From positions 32,001 through 96,000 of the forward strand of contig CAXGMD010000001.1 of NCBI GenBank assembly GCA_964010765.1: a stretch of DNA of 64,000 nucleotides, in the 5' to 3' direction. Made by a program: the position numbers and the translations under genes. Each line of letters starts with the position of its first letter. The first letter of the stretch is position 1. The notes beneath the pieces are model-generated. The model saw only the letters and a list, made by a program, of their open reading frames with translations, did not search any database and was not told where the DNA came from. Origin of the DNA: an uncultured bacterium. GTDB lineage: Bacteria > SAR324 > NAC60-12. This document shows, in pieces, positions 31,096 to 41,458 of this stretch.

Positions 31096-31965
31096 ATGGC
31101 AGAAAACGATGATGATCTCAGCTTAGACGGTTTCGATACGGATGATGATAGTTTGAGCTTTGACGATATGGACTTAGACTCGGGAATGTCTGAGGTTTCA
31201 GAAATTGGTTTCGATGACGAGTCTACAGAAGCCAGCAGTGATTCAGATGAGTTTGAAAGTCTTGGTACGGATGATTCTGGCGATTCAGATGATGAGTTAT
31301 TGGAAGCTCTGAGTGAGGATGCACCTGTTGATGAGCCTGAAACGGTCAGTGCCGATGCAGAGATGCAGTTTGATGTTGATGGTTCGGCAGATGATCTTCA
31401 AGAAATGTCGATGGATACAGAACCAGTTGGCGGAGGGGATGAGTCCGAATCAACTGCTGAGGTTGAAAATGACTCGGAAGAAGACCCATTTGCTGAACAC
31501 TTGAATGAAGATGAGCCAAGTTTCTCCCCTGAAATTGAAGAGGATGATGAGGCCGACCCTTTCCTGACCAGTTCGGATCCAGTTGAATCAGAGTCTGAGG
31601 AGACTGTTGAATCTGAGTCAGAAGAAACTATTTTAGAAGAGGTACCACCGGTTGTCGCCGCAGCCGCGGGCATTGCCGCAGTTGGTATCGTCGCTGAAAA
31701 CTCTGCGCAAGTAATTGGAGAAATGTCTGTGGGAACAGAACTTTTGATGAATGTCCACCATGAGGCCACTGTTGAAATTGCACGAACACGGTTGACTGGT
31801 GAGGAAATTACCCAACTGACTCACGGCAGCGTGATTGAACTAGATAAAGCAGCTGGAGAGCCGGTTGATATCGTACTTAATGGCAAACTGGTTGCGCACG
31901 GTGAGATTGTGGTGATTAATCGGGAGAAATTGGGAGTACGTGTAATTGGTATCCACCAAGGATAA
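31096..31965 (+). CDS. FliN/SpoA-domain protein with a long acidic disordered N-terminus
   Basis: C-terminal GSVIELDKAAGEPVDIVLNGKLVAHGEIVV...GVRV; about 180 Asp/Glu/Ser-rich N-terminal residues. AAGGA RBS. Confidence 0.85.
   Translation: MAENDDDLSLDGFDTDDDSLSFDDMDLDSGMSEVSEIGFDDESTEASSDSDEFESLGTDDSGDSDDELLEALSEDAPVDEPETVSADAEMQFDVDGSADDLQEMSMDTEPVGGGDESESTAEVENDSEEDPFAEHLNEDEPSFSPEIEEDDEADPFLTSSDPVESESEETVESESEETILEEVPPVVAAAAGIAAVGIVAENSAQVIGEMSVGTELLMNVHHEATVEIARTRLTGEEITQLTHGSVIELDKAAGEPVDIVLNGKLVAHGEIVVINREKLGVRVIGIHQG
31582..31629 (+). repeat. Imperfect 24-bp tandem duplication encoding VESESEET twice
   Basis: gttgaatcagagtctgaggagact followed by gttgaatctgagtcagaagaaact. Confidence 0.7.
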
Positions 31966-31976
31966 GGAGCTTTTTG

Positions 31977-32942
31977 ATGTTGTACTCACCAGAAGAATTG
32001 CCAGAAGAGATAGAAGACTTTTCTCTCGCCGAAGCCGAAATCCACGTTGGTCGCTTTCGCTGGCTTGATGTCGTAATGCGTCGATGGGCAAACCAGTTAG
32101 AAAGTACCTTATTCGATCACCTCCACTCAGTTTTTGAAATTGAAGCTGAAACAGTCATCTGGACCAGATTTAGTGACGTACTCAAAATGCTGGGTGATCA
32201 ACCCATGTACATTTTTGAGTCAGACCAAAAGGGTAAGGGGCTTCTAATTCTGGACAACGCGATTGCCCAAGCCTGTATCGATCGAGATCCGGATGCACTT
32301 GAAAACACAGTTCCCTTAGATGTGACTGAGTTAAACTCTGAGACGCAAAAGTCATTGTTTGATATCGTTTCTCAGATTGTTGCTGACTTGGAAGGCTGCT
32401 GGTTCAATATTGGTGAATTGCCACTGCACCTAAAGCGGATCACGACCCACCCAATGCGCGCTAAGGTGATGCTTCCTTTCGAACGTTGCCTTCTGGGAAC
32501 CCTTCGTTTCCGCTCGGAAGGATTTGAGAGTTATCTGATCATCTGTATTCCCTATTCTGTTGTTCATCCACTGCTATCTAAACTAGATGATAGAAGAGTG
32601 CTGCCTCCAGAATCCATGGATCATTTCCAGAAAGATGTTGAGGATCATTTTCAACAACTGCTAATGGATATGCGCTATGAGGTCAAAGCCGAGTTGGGTA
32701 CAGTTGAATTAGGCGATAGGAGTGGGTTGTTGTTGAAAGTAGGACAGGTTCTCCCAATCTCTGTTCCATATTCAGGGAAAGCAGTTGTCAAAATCAATGA
32801 CTTGCCAATGATGATTGGAGAAGCTGGTAATTCGAATGGTAAATTTAGTGTGCAGGTCACAGACGACTTTGATACTTTGAAACAGACTACACAGAGTACC
32901 CAGAAATCCTTCCAAAATCTGCACTGGGGCAATAAAAGCTAG
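31977..32942 (+). CDS. fliM: Divergent FliM-like flagellar switch protein
   Basis: FliM-like middle domain (GKGLLILD, ICIPYS) and a C-terminal SpoA domain (AELG, LKVGQVL, GKFSVQV). AAGGAG RBS. Confidence 0.65.
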   Translation: MLYSPEELPEEIEDFSLAEAEIHVGRFRWLDVVMRRWANQLESTLFDHLHSVFEIEAETVIWTRFSDVLKMLGDQPMYIFESDQKGKGLLILDNAIAQACIDRDPDALENTVPLDVTELNSETQKSLFDIVSQIVADLEGCWFNIGELPLHLKRITTHPMRAKVMLPFERCLLGTLRFRSEGFESYLIICIPYSVVHPLLSKLDDRRVLPPESMDHFQKDVEDHFQQLLMDMRYEVKAELGTVELGDRSGLLLKVGQVLPISVPYSGKAVVKINDLPMMIGEAGNSNGKFSVQVTDDFDTLKQTTQSTQKSFQNLHWGNKS

Positions 32943-32951
32943 GCTCAATTC

Positions 32952-34316
32952 TCAGAGCCAGTCTCCTACCTGAAAAGCAATTGTTAAATAGATCCAAACA
33001 CCAACCAAGTCGTTCATCGTCGTGATGAACGGCCCGATTGCTAGCGCAGGATCTATGTTTGCTCTCTTCAGCAGAATAGGAACTGCCGAACCTACCACAG
33101 CCGCAAAACAGAGAACAATTAGTAGTGAAACTGGAGTGGTCAGGGCCATCCCAGGATTCCAAGTCAATAAGAAGGTCATAAAACCAAGTACGATTGAACA
33201 GACAATTCCTAACAGAATTCCCACTCGAAGTTCTCTCCAAACCCTCACGATCAAGTCTCCAGTACCTATTGCTCCCGTAGCTAAGCCGCGAACAACAATA
33301 GATGACGACTGAATCCCAATATTCCCAGCCATGGCTGCAATAAGGGGCACAAAATACGTCACTTGGGGAATATCAATCAATGAATGTTCAAAACCTCTCA
33401 TTACTAAAGCAGTTAGGCTGCCCCCTAGCATCCCAAGCATTAGCCAGGGTAAACGCTCACGAACAGTTTTAATCAGCGACACTTCTAAAACTTCCTCTCT
33501 CGCTGTCCCACTGATCTGTGCAATATCTTCCTGATGCTCCTCATAGATCACATCCACTAGGTCATCAATTGTGATTCTGCCAATCAAACGGAGATATTTG
33601 TCAATCACAGGAACCACAACCAGGTCGTATTCCTTGGCAATGTGTACGACCTCTTCTTGATCCAAATCCACATCAACAGCGATCACATCAGGATTCATCA
33701 TTTCGCTGATGAGCGTTTGCCTCTTGGCAAGCAATAGCTGTGTGACGGCGACTGTTCCAATCAAATGTTGAAATTCATCAACAACATAAACCGTATAGAA
33801 TGGCTGCATCGAATTTTGCAGTTCAATATACTGACGGATGCTCCGAATGGCCTCGTCCACAGATTGCTCTTTTTGCACAGAAATCACATAGGGGTTCATT
33901 ATCCCCCCGGCAGTATCCTGCGCGTATTGGAGAAGAGACGTGATTTCTTCTCTTTGGTGATCTGGCAGTAATTGAAGCACTTCGTCGGCTTGTTGGGCAT
34001 CCATCAATCCAACAAAATCTGCCGCATCATCTTTTGGCATTTCGCCAACCCAGCCACCTAGTTGCTCCGGGGGTAACTCGGCAACGAGATCTGAAAGTGG
34101 AAGTGGGGTTGAACTCATTTCAGCTAAAACTTCTGATGCACGATCTTCGGGCAGTGTGGCGAGAATCTGAACTTGGTACTTAGTTTTTAACTGAAGCATT
34201 GCAGCGGCAATGTCAAAGGGGCTAAGATCCTTGAGCAGACTTTGCAAAAGGTCGTTTTTCTCACTTTGAATTAGGCTTTTAATTAATCGGTGATATTGCC
34301 CACGCTGTTTTGCCAA
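32952..34316 (-). CDS. mgtE: Magnesium transporter MgtE
   Basis: TAGGIM, a CBS pair, RLPWL, GNIGIQ and DPALAIGPFITTMND. Confidence 0.95.
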   Translation of the reverse strand: MAKQRGQYHRLIKSLIQSEKNDLLQSLLKDLSPFDIAAAMLQLKTKYQVQILATLPEDRASEVLAEMSSTPLPLSDLVAELPPEQLGGWVGEMPKDDAADFVGLMDAQQADEVLQLLPDHQREEITSLLQYAQDTAGGIMNPYVISVQKEQSVDEAIRSIRQYIELQNSMQPFYTVYVVDEFQHLIGTVAVTQLLLAKRQTLISEMMNPDVIAVDVDLDQEEVVHIAKEYDLVVVPVIDKYLRLIGRITIDDLVDVIYEEHQEDIAQISGTAREEVLEVSLIKTVRERLPWLMLGMLGGSLTALVMRGFEHSLIDIPQVTYFVPLIAAMAGNIGIQSSSIVVRGLATGAIGTGDLIVRVWRELRVGILLGIVCSIVLGFMTFLLTWNPGMALTTPVSLLIVLCFAAVVGSAVPILLKRANIDPALAIGPFITTMNDLVGVWIYLTIAFQVGDWL

Positions 34317-34459
34317 GTTACCTCTTCAGGAACAACAAAGATTTCAATGAATCGTTGATGACCAAAGATCACCAACCTTCTTTGGTAGAATTTATTCTGC
34401 TTAGTTATCCGCCAAAACCATTCAATCTTCCAGAAACTATATAGAAAATAGAATTTTTC

Positions 34460-35236
34460 ATGCGAGTCATAACATTAAATCTAAACGGGATTCGAGCCGC
34501 TTTTCGAAAGGGATTTGGAGAATGGTTAAAAAAGCAGGATGCTGATTTAATTCTTTTGCAGGAAACTCGGATTCAACCTGAGCAGTTGACTACTGAACAG
34601 ACTCAGATTGAAGGATTTCAGTCATATTTTTCCTTTGCAGAAGCAAAAGGCTATTCAGGAGTTGGGATCTATTCGAAAAAAAAGCCGATCTCAGTTGAAA
34701 AAAAAGTAGATTGGCAAGATTTTGATAAAGAAGGGAGATTTCTTCTTCTTGAGTTCCAAGATCTATATGTGCTTTCACTTTATCTTCCCTCTGGGACTCG
34801 TAGTGATGAACGACAAAATTTCAAGTATGAAACTCTAGATTGGTTTCGCGGATGGAGTTCCTCATTGGTTGATTCAGGTAAACAAGTTTTGGTTTGTGGT
34901 GACCTGAACATTGCTCACCAAGAGATTGATTTGAAGAATTGGAAAGGAAACCAGAAAAATTCTGGGTTTCTTCCAGAGGAGAGAGAATGGATGACAGAAC
35001 TTTTTGAGGTTGGTGGGTTTAATGATGTGTTCCGGAGTTTATATCCAGATCTTGAAATGTATACTTGGTGGTCCAATCGGGGAAGAGCTTGGGAGAAGGA
35101 TGTTGGTTGGCGAATTGACTATCAAATAGCTACGCCAAAGCTTGCAGCATCTGCAATTGAGGGATCAGTCTACAAAGAGAAAAGATTCTCAGATCATTCT
35201 CCCCTGATCATTGAATACGATTGGGAATTGAACTGA
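34460..35236 (+). CDS. xth: Exodeoxyribonuclease III
   Basis: Motifs NLNGIRA, LQE, GDLNIAH, GWRIDY and SDHSP. Confidence 0.95.
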   Translation: MRVITLNLNGIRAAFRKGFGEWLKKQDADLILLQETRIQPEQLTTEQTQIEGFQSYFSFAEAKGYSGVGIYSKKKPISVEKKVDWQDFDKEGRFLLLEFQDLYVLSLYLPSGTRSDERQNFKYETLDWFRGWSSSLVDSGKQVLVCGDLNIAHQEIDLKNWKGNQKNSGFLPEEREWMTELFEVGGFNDVFRSLYPDLEMYTWWSNRGRAWEKDVGWRIDYQIATPKLAASAIEGSVYKEKRFSDHSPLIIEYDWELN

Positions 35237-35250
35237 GTCAGGTGGGATAC

Positions 35251-35269
35251 GGGGGTAGGGCCTACCCCC
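35251..35269. terminator. GC-rich hairpin between convergent genes
   Basis: GGGGGTAG-GGC-CTACCCCC between the xth stop and the XRE gene stop; no U-tract. Confidence 0.5.
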
Positions 35270-35275
35270 TATCAT

Positions 35276-35749
35276 TCAGGCGTTTTCAAGAACAGTGTGA
35301 GGATCACTTTTTACGCGGAAGAATTCGTAAGGGACGTTTAAAGCTCTAGATATTCTTTCGAGCGCAGCATCCGAGACATCAGCAGCGTGCGATTCCCAAC
35401 TTTTCACAGTTTGAATGGCAAAACCAAATTCATATGAAAAAGCTTCAATAGACATTCCTCGGAGAAGACGTGCGTATTTGATGCGATCACCAACACGATC
35501 TAGGTCTAAATTGGCATCAAGTCCCATCTCACGTACGTTAATACCCAAGACTTTTGCAATTTCACTGTATTTGGTCAATTTTGGTGTGGAGTGACCGGTT
35601 TCCCAGTTCTTGACGGCGGTCAATGAAACATTCAGCTTTCGGGCAAAATCTTTGCGGGTCAGGCCTGCATTTTCGCGCCACTGCACCATTTTTTCGCCAA
35701 ATGAGTTATCTTCGATGTTTTCGTTGGCTGCTGTAGCTTGCTCAGTCAT
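35276..35749 (-). CDS. Transcriptional regulator with two tandem XRE/Cro HTH domains
   Basis: RENAGLTRKDFARKLNVSLTAVKNWETG and RLLRGMSIEAFSYEFGFAIQTVKSWES. AAGGAG RBS before the ATG at 35749. Confidence 0.85.
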   Translation of the reverse strand: MTEQATAANENIEDNSFGEKMVQWRENAGLTRKDFARKLNVSLTAVKNWETGHSTPKLTKYSEIAKVLGINVREMGLDANLDLDRVGDRIKYARLLRGMSIEAFSYEFGFAIQTVKSWESHAADVSDAALERISRALNVPYEFFRVKSDPHTVLENA

Positions 35750-35891
35750 AGCGACTACGACTCCTTGTCTTGGGGTAGGGAAAGACATGAATTCCTGATC
35801 ATGTTCTTTTCCTGCGGGTGGTCCCGCTAAACGAAATCACAGCGTGCTTTCAATTTTTTTAGCGCATCCGTAATTCACTTAAAAACCATAA

Positions 35892-35920
35892 ATTATTATT
35901 ATTATTGTTTCATTTGTCAA
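35892..35920 (-). promoter_or_regulatory. Sigma70-type promoter of the XRE gene
   Basis: Minus strand TTGACA (35920-35915), 17-nt spacer, AATAAT (35897-35892). Confidence 0.6.
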
Positions 35921-35970
35921 GGATTTTCCTCTTGCAATTGTTGAATCTACTCATAGGCAGCACCTCTGCT

Positions 35971-37110
35971 TCAGCACTTTTGTAACAAAACTGATCCGGC
36001 TGAATAACCAGCTCCAAAAGCGCAAAACACGCCCCAAGATCCTTTATCTAGATTCTGTGATTCAGAGAAAGCTAAGACCACTCCAGCTGCTCCAGTATTG
36101 CCACACTTTTTTAAAACCAATGGAAGTTCAGCTGGCGAAGGCTCTCGTTCTAGAACTTTTTTAGCAAGCAATAGATTCATTTTGCTATTTGCCTGATGTA
36201 ACCATACGCGCTTGATGGAGCTGCTCTTGATTCTCTCTTCATCCAACTGATTCAGGATCATCTCTGAGACGAGTGGAACAATTTCCTTAAATACTGCCCG
36301 ACCTTGCTGAGAAAAAAGATTTCTGGGATGCCATGGATCCGTTCTGTTCACTGCTTGACGGAGAAAACCTCCATCATTTCTGATATTGTTTGAGAAATGA
36401 GTCTGGAGATGAATATTCTTGACGGAGAAAGCATTGCTCGATTTTGAAGTCTCGCTTCGTTCCAGATAGAGTGCACCTGCGGCATCCCCAAAAATAAAAT
36501 GACTGTCTCGATCCCTGAAATTGAGATGCCCTGTGTAAAATTCAGGGCTGACAATCAGAACTCCTGGAAGTTCAGGCTGTGTAATTAGTGAGTTGTAGGC
36601 CAAGCGAATGGCAAAAGGTACCGAGGAACACGCAACGTTCATATCAAAAGCGAATCCATTAATGCCGAGAGCTTTTTGAATTTCGATGGCTAAACTAGGA
36701 TAGGGACGCTCATAGTTGGAACAGGCTGATATCAGCATGCCAACGTCACTGGCTGATTTATTTGCTTGATCCAAAGCATTTTTGGCGGCTGCTAAACCCA
36801 TTTCCGCTTGATAGCTCAATTCATCTGGATTTCGATCTTCTAGATCAGGACGCAGCCTTTTTGGATCAATAATCCCACTAGCCTCCATTACGTGTCGCGA
36901 TTCAATGCCTGAAGCATTCTTGATGAAATCAGCGCTGGAGGTTTTTAAGGCGGTCCTATCACCAGCGGCGATTTCTGCTGAGTACTCCTGATTGTATTCC
37001 TCAACATGAGCGTTATAGGCCTTAACCAACGTCTCATTATCAATAACTTCTGGTGGAATAAAGGTTCCGCATCCTGTGATAAGGATTTGATCAGTCAACG
37101 TTCTTCTCAA
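35971..37110 (-). CDS. fabH: Beta-ketoacyl-ACP synthase III (long FabH-like type)
   Basis: Catalytic Cys-His-Asn in DMNVACSS, WLHQAN and GNT; FGAGYS. Confidence 0.85.
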   Translation of the reverse strand: MRRTLTDQILITGCGTFIPPEVIDNETLVKAYNAHVEEYNQEYSAEIAAGDRTALKTSSADFIKNASGIESRHVMEASGIIDPKRLRPDLEDRNPDELSYQAEMGLAAAKNALDQANKSASDVGMLISACSNYERPYPSLAIEIQKALGINGFAFDMNVACSSVPFAIRLAYNSLITQPELPGVLIVSPEFYTGHLNFRDRDSHFIFGDAAGALYLERSETSKSSNAFSVKNIHLQTHFSNNIRNDGGFLRQAVNRTDPWHPRNLFSQQGRAVFKEIVPLVSEMILNQLDEERIKSSSIKRVWLHQANSKMNLLLAKKVLEREPSPAELPLVLKKCGNTGAAGVVLAFSESQNLDKGSWGVFCAFGAGYSAGSVLLQKC

Positions 37111-37112
37111 AA

Positions 37113-37730
37113 TTAAATTTGGTCCAACCAGTCAATTTGGCCTTTGCCAATCCTGATGACATCTGGCGCTTCAGTCGTGAAATCAATAATTGTCGAATGC
37201 TCAGCAAAAATTTCTCCTCCATCAATCACTAAGTCCACTTGCTTACCAAATTCCTCATGGATTTCCCATGCGTTGTCAAAAAGGTGATCTTCACCGCTAT
37301 ATAGCGAGCTACTAAGAATTGGATTCCCCAGTTCTGAAACGACTTGTGTAGCGATGATTTGATCAGGCCAGCGAACACCAATTGTACTTCGTTTTGTTAG
37401 TAAAAGCTTGGGAACGATTTTGGAGGCTCGGAACAGGAAAGTATATGGACCTGGGAGGTGGCGTTTTAAAATTTTAAAAACTGCTGTATCAATGCCCTGC
37501 GAATATTCTTGGATCTGTTGGAGGCTGGAGCAAATGAAAGTCAAATGTCGTTTAGCATCGACATCCTTGATCAAACTTATTTTTTTTAGTGCTTTCTTGC
37601 TGTAGATGTTGCAGCCAAGTCCATAAACGGTATCTGTAGGATAAATAATGACTCCATCATTCTGGAGGACATCAATGACTTGGTTGATGTAACGGGGCTG
37701 GGGATTGTACGGGTGAATTTCGAGGAGCAT
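37113..37730 (-). CDS. Sua5/YciO/YrdC family protein (threonylcarbamoyl-AMP synthase-like)
   Basis: Motifs YPTDTVYGLGC, LPGPYTF, TIGVR and STIID. Confidence 0.9.
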   Translation of the reverse strand: MLLEIHPYNPQPRYINQVIDVLQNDGVIIYPTDTVYGLGCNIYSKKALKKISLIKDVDAKRHLTFICSSLQQIQEYSQGIDTAVFKILKRHLPGPYTFLFRASKIVPKLLLTKRSTIGVRWPDQIIATQVVSELGNPILSSSLYSGEDHLFDNAWEIHEEFGKQVDLVIDGGEIFAEHSTIIDFTTEAPDVIRIGKGQIDWLDQI

Positions 37731-37734
37731 TAAA

Positions 37735-38343
37735 CTAGCGTGGAATACGAGGCTGGATCTGATTGATAGTTTCTTTCTGGAATTTTGCCTCTTGTTCCTT
37801 CTCCCATTGGGATCGAGGGTCTCCGTCTTTCTTGGATTCCAGACACTGTTGCAGGAAGTTTTGAAAGATGTTTGCGACCGAGTCTAATTGAGTAATCAAA
37901 CGATGATCAGCGGGCAGCAAGTGAAGCGGAACTTGGTAATTACGTGCAAATTTGATCACATTTTCGACGGGAACCACCTCATCATCCCAACCATGAACCA
38001 ATAAGGTCTTCTCAGCAAATGGCCTAGGCGAATTGGGTTCCAGATTTTCAAGGCCAACAGCAGAAGCCAACAAAAAAAGTCCCTGTGGCTTCAGCTTCTC
38101 TGATGCACAGAGGGATACCCAACTCCCCATACTAGAACCAACAAGAATTAGTTGTTCTGCAGCAAAGGTTTGAAGCGAAAGTAACTTCTCAACTCGTCCA
38201 TAGCCGCTTTTAATGACTGAGTAATCAGGGCTGACCACTCTGAAATTCAAATTTTCAGCTACTTGGGCCAATCTTTTGATCTTTGTTCCCCAGGGACCAC
38301 TTTCATGCCCATGTGCGAAGTAAACTATTCGCTCGTTTGCCAT
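37735..38343 (-). CDS. Alpha/beta hydrolase (YqiA-like esterase)
   Basis: Motifs HGHES, GSSMG and HGWDDEVVP, plus a downstream DH. Confidence 0.85.
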   Translation of the reverse strand: MANERIVYFAHGHESGPWGTKIKRLAQVAENLNFRVVSPDYSVIKSGYGRVEKLLSLQTFAAEQLILVGSSMGSWVSLCASEKLKPQGLFLLASAVGLENLEPNSPRPFAEKTLLVHGWDDEVVPVENVIKFARNYQVPLHLLPADHRLITQLDSVANIFQNFLQQCLESKKDGDPRSQWEKEQEAKFQKETINQIQPRIPR

Positions 38344-38345
38344 GA

Positions 38346-39935
38346 TCAGTTAATTTCCATTGTCTGAAGAAACTGGATTTCTGGCCAATCTTCTGTTGTT
38401 CGCTCAAGTCTCCATGCATTGGCTGGAAGATAAACAAGATTCCCCTGAGAATCCCTAGCCAAGGAATCAAGAAACTGTTTTTCAAATCTTTTTAAAGCCT
38501 CAGCGTCTTGAGTCACTACCCATCGTGCCGTTAAAAAATTTGCAGGTTCCAAGTGAGATTCGACCCCATATTCATTTTTCAGACGAGCAAGAATGACATC
38601 AAACTGCAAAATACCCACGGCTCCCAAAAGATAATCATTTCGATTAAGCGGCCGGAACAACTGAACAGCTCCTTCTTCAGTGAGTTGTTGTAGGCCTTTT
38701 TCTAATTGCTTGGCTTTCAAGGCATTGTCGATACGGACTTTCCGAAAGTGCTCTGGGGCAAAATGTGGAATGCCGACAAATCGGAGATCTTCTTTTTCAG
38801 CAAAGCTGTCCCCGATACGTATGGTACCGTGATTGTGTATGCCAATAATGTCGCCGGGAAACGCTTCTTCTACATTTTCTCGATCCTGAGCAAGAAACAT
38901 AATAGCATTGTGTAATTGCACTTCTCTTCCCAATCGCTGATGTTTGACACGCATCCCACGCTGGAAACGCCCGGAACAGATCCTCAAGAAGGCAATTCGG
39001 TCTCGATGAGCCGGATCCATGTTCGCTTGAATCTTAAAAACGACTCCACTGAAGGCCTCTTCGTAGGGAGAGACCTCACGAGTTTGCGTGGATCTCTGCC
39101 TTGGTGCAGGGGCTACTTCCACAAAGGCATCAAGCATCTCAGAGACACCGAAGCTATTGATTGCACTTCCAAAGAAAACAGGAGTTTGTAGACCCTTCAG
39201 ATAGCGTTCGCTATTGAATGGAGTTGAAGCACCTTCCAGCAACTCGATATCTTCTCTAAGTTCATCTGCTTGTTTGCCCAATAGTTCATCCAATTTGGGA
39301 TCTGCAAGGTCAGTGATGCGGACGATATCGTCAACTTTCTTTGTTCTGGAGGCAGCAAATAATGAAAGCTCTTTGCGATATAGGTTGTATGTGCCTCTGA
39401 AGGATTTTCCCATCCCAATGGGCCAGCTCATTGGAGCACATTCTACCCGCAGGGTCTCTTCAACATCCTGCAGCACGTCTAGAGGCGGTAGCCCTTCTCG
39501 ATCCAGTTTATTTACGAAAGTTATGATCGGAGTATTTCGCAGTCTGCAAACGTCCATCAATTTTCTGGTTTGTTCCTCAACCCCTTTTGCGCTGTCAATG
39601 ACCACGAGGGCACTGTCCACGGCAGTAAGAACTCGATAGGTGTCTTCAGAAAAATCTTGGTGTCCAGGAGTGTCTAAAAGATTCACTTCACAGTTTTGGT
39701 AAGTGAATTTCATCACGGAAGAAGTAACAGATATACCACGCTGTTTCTCAATTTCCATCCAGTCACTGGTTGCATGACGACTGGCTTTACGAGCCTTGAC
39801 AGAGCCTGCGAGCTGTATTGCTCCGCCATAGAGCAGGATTTTCTCAGTAAGAGTGGTTTTACCGGCATCAGGGTGACTAATGATCCCGAATGTTCGACGC
39901 CTATCAACTTCCTGTTGGAATTGAGAAGTACTCAT
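38346..39935 (-). CDS. prfC: Peptide chain release factor 3
   Basis: Motifs [24 protein letters not shown] and [14 protein letters not shown]. Confidence 0.97.
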   Translation of the reverse strand: MSTSQFQQEVDRRRTFGIISHPDAGKTTLTEKILLYGGAIQLAGSVKARKASRHATSDWMEIEKQRGISVTSSVMKFTYQNCEVNLLDTPGHQDFSEDTYRVLTAVDSALVVIDSAKGVEEQTRKLMDVCRLRNTPIITFVNKLDREGLPPLDVLQDVEETLRVECAPMSWPIGMGKSFRGTYNLYRKELSLFAASRTKKVDDIVRITDLADPKLDELLGKQADELREDIELLEGASTPFNSERYLKGLQTPVFFGSAINSFGVSEMLDAFVEVAPAPRQRSTQTREVSPYEEAFSGVVFKIQANMDPAHRDRIAFLRICSGRFQRGMRVKHQRLGREVQLHNAIMFLAQDRENVEEAFPGDIIGIHNHGTIRIGDSFAEKEDLRFVGIPHFAPEHFRKVRIDNALKAKQLEKGLQQLTEEGAVQLFRPLNRNDYLLGAVGILQFDVILARLKNEYGVESHLEPANFLTARWVVTQDAEALKRFEKQFLDSLARDSQGNLVYLPANAWRLERTTEDWPEIQFLQTMEIN

Positions 39936-39938
39936 AAA

Positions 39939-41210
39939 TCAGATCGCTCGCTGGGATGCCAGTTGTCGATATTCAGCAAGCCTCCGTTCTACACGCCCAA
40001 CTGAAGCTGCAAAGTCCCTGTTCCCATTTTCTTTTTTTAACGCCTCAAGATAGGCTCTTCTAGCTTGTTGGTAGTCATCCCTACTGACTGCACCAGCCTC
40101 ATAACTCAATCCAAGATTATACCAGTCCTCGGCAGTCCGATCATCTTTTGATAGTGACTCAAGACGCTGACGAGCTTCGTCCCAAAGGCCATCTCTCAGC
40201 AGCTCCTCTGCACGTTCTTCTTCCCCTCCTTCTGCAACCAAAGCCTTAATGCGTTGAGTAGTTGGTGAGATGCTTTGAAGAAAAGCTTCCACCGCTTTTG
40301 ATCCTAATTTTTGAAGAATCTGCTCTCGCTCTTCATCTGGCAGGTCGTTGAGATTTGGATTTGGAAGCCTCTTGTCCACGTAAAAAATTTCTTTGGGGTT
40401 TGTTTGCTCGACTACCGCTAACTCCCTAATTGGAATCGGAATCAGAGGAATTTTAGACCGATTCACCAAATTGGCTATGCCTGGTATTGGTCTAGCCTCA
40501 TAGCGATGTTGATAACTTTCAGTGTCAATCATCTGCTTGCCAAAATCTCCTCCAGAAACTCGCACAGCTACGGTCCTCTGTTCTTGATCTCCACCAATGA
40601 TGGTCAAGCTGAAGCTCGTTTCAGTGTAAAGAGAAATGTTTCTGTAGCGGTAGGTTCTGATGACTTGATTGACCGGTGGTAGATCTGCATCGACACCCAT
40701 CCCAGTCAATAACGTTGCTGCGCCGAGATCTATCAGAGACGAGCCCAGTCCTCCGGGGCGGCAAATATAAGCTCTGCTATCCAATGTAAGGGCATCTTCG
40801 CCAATTGCGATGCTCGCGCCAGCAGATAATCTACCTCCGATTCCACCCTTGCAAGTTGCCAGTTCGGTGAATTGTCCTATTTCTCTTTCTCCACCGCTAA
40901 CAATTGCGCCCTGGATTATCCCAATCCGTTGGCCGGGTACTAATTTTTCTGCAGGTAATGTGTCTACAATCTGAGCGTTGAATCGCCCTTGATGGTTCAA
41001 TTCGTTGACAAGTTCCTGCAGCAAAATCTCCTTCAGATTTAGTTGATCGCCTTCAGTCTTAACCAAATCCTCACGAATGTAGATTTCCGTAACTTTTCTA
41101 GGAACATCCAGTTGGGCTGGACGTTGGACATTCAACTCGACTGCTGAGTTGGAACTACAACTGATTTGGAAAAACAGACTTGGAATTGCCAATAGAAATG
41201 AGAATCTCAT
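39939..41210 (-). CDS. Lipoprotein with a C-terminal TPR
   Basis: Lipobox QISC after the ATG at 41210; TPR WYNLGLSYE. Confidence 0.7.
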   Translation of the reverse strand: MRFSFLLAIPSLFFQISCSSNSAVELNVQRPAQLDVPRKVTEIYIREDLVKTEGDQLNLKEILLQELVNELNHQGRFNAQIVDTLPAEKLVPGQRIGIIQGAIVSGGEREIGQFTELATCKGGIGGRLSAGASIAIGEDALTLDSRAYICRPGGLGSSLIDLGAATLLTGMGVDADLPPVNQVIRTYRYRNISLYTETSFSLTIIGGDQEQRTVAVRVSGGDFGKQMIDTESYQHRYEARPIPGIANLVNRSKIPLIPIPIRELAVVEQTNPKEIFYVDKRLPNPNLNDLPDEEREQILQKLGSKAVEAFLQSISPTTQRIKALVAEGGEEERAEELLRDGLWDEARQRLESLSKDDRTAEDWYNLGLSYEAGAVSRDDYQQARRAYLEALKKENGNRDFAASVGRVERRLAEYRQLASQRAI

Positions 41211-41408
41211 TTTGCTCAAGGGTGTAGTTAGGAAGGAAAATTAATTTCTAATGAGGATAGGAGACTCTTTTCCAAAAGACAATTGGCGGTTGCCTGAGAA
41301 CGCAAGTTCCTGTCAAATTTTAATTTTTGATGAAAAAATTTGATCAAGATTAATTCGGACGTTGGTAACAATCCGGTTAATGTTTGGTCTGGGAGAGTAA
41401 TGACTAAC

Positions 41409-41438
41409 TGGTAGCTTTCAGCCTAGAGAAAGCTACCA
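41409..41438. terminator. Hairpin just downstream of the 41459-42142 gene
   Basis: TGGTAGCTTTC-N8-GAAAGCTACCA, an 11-bp perfect stem. Confidence 0.6.
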
Positions 41439-41458
41439 ATAAGGTGGGCGGGAACTGC

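Noticed and set aside
35276..35749. XRE gene as a prophage repressor or antitoxin
   Set aside because: No phage genes, peptidase domain or adjacent toxin ORF; flanked by xth and fabH.
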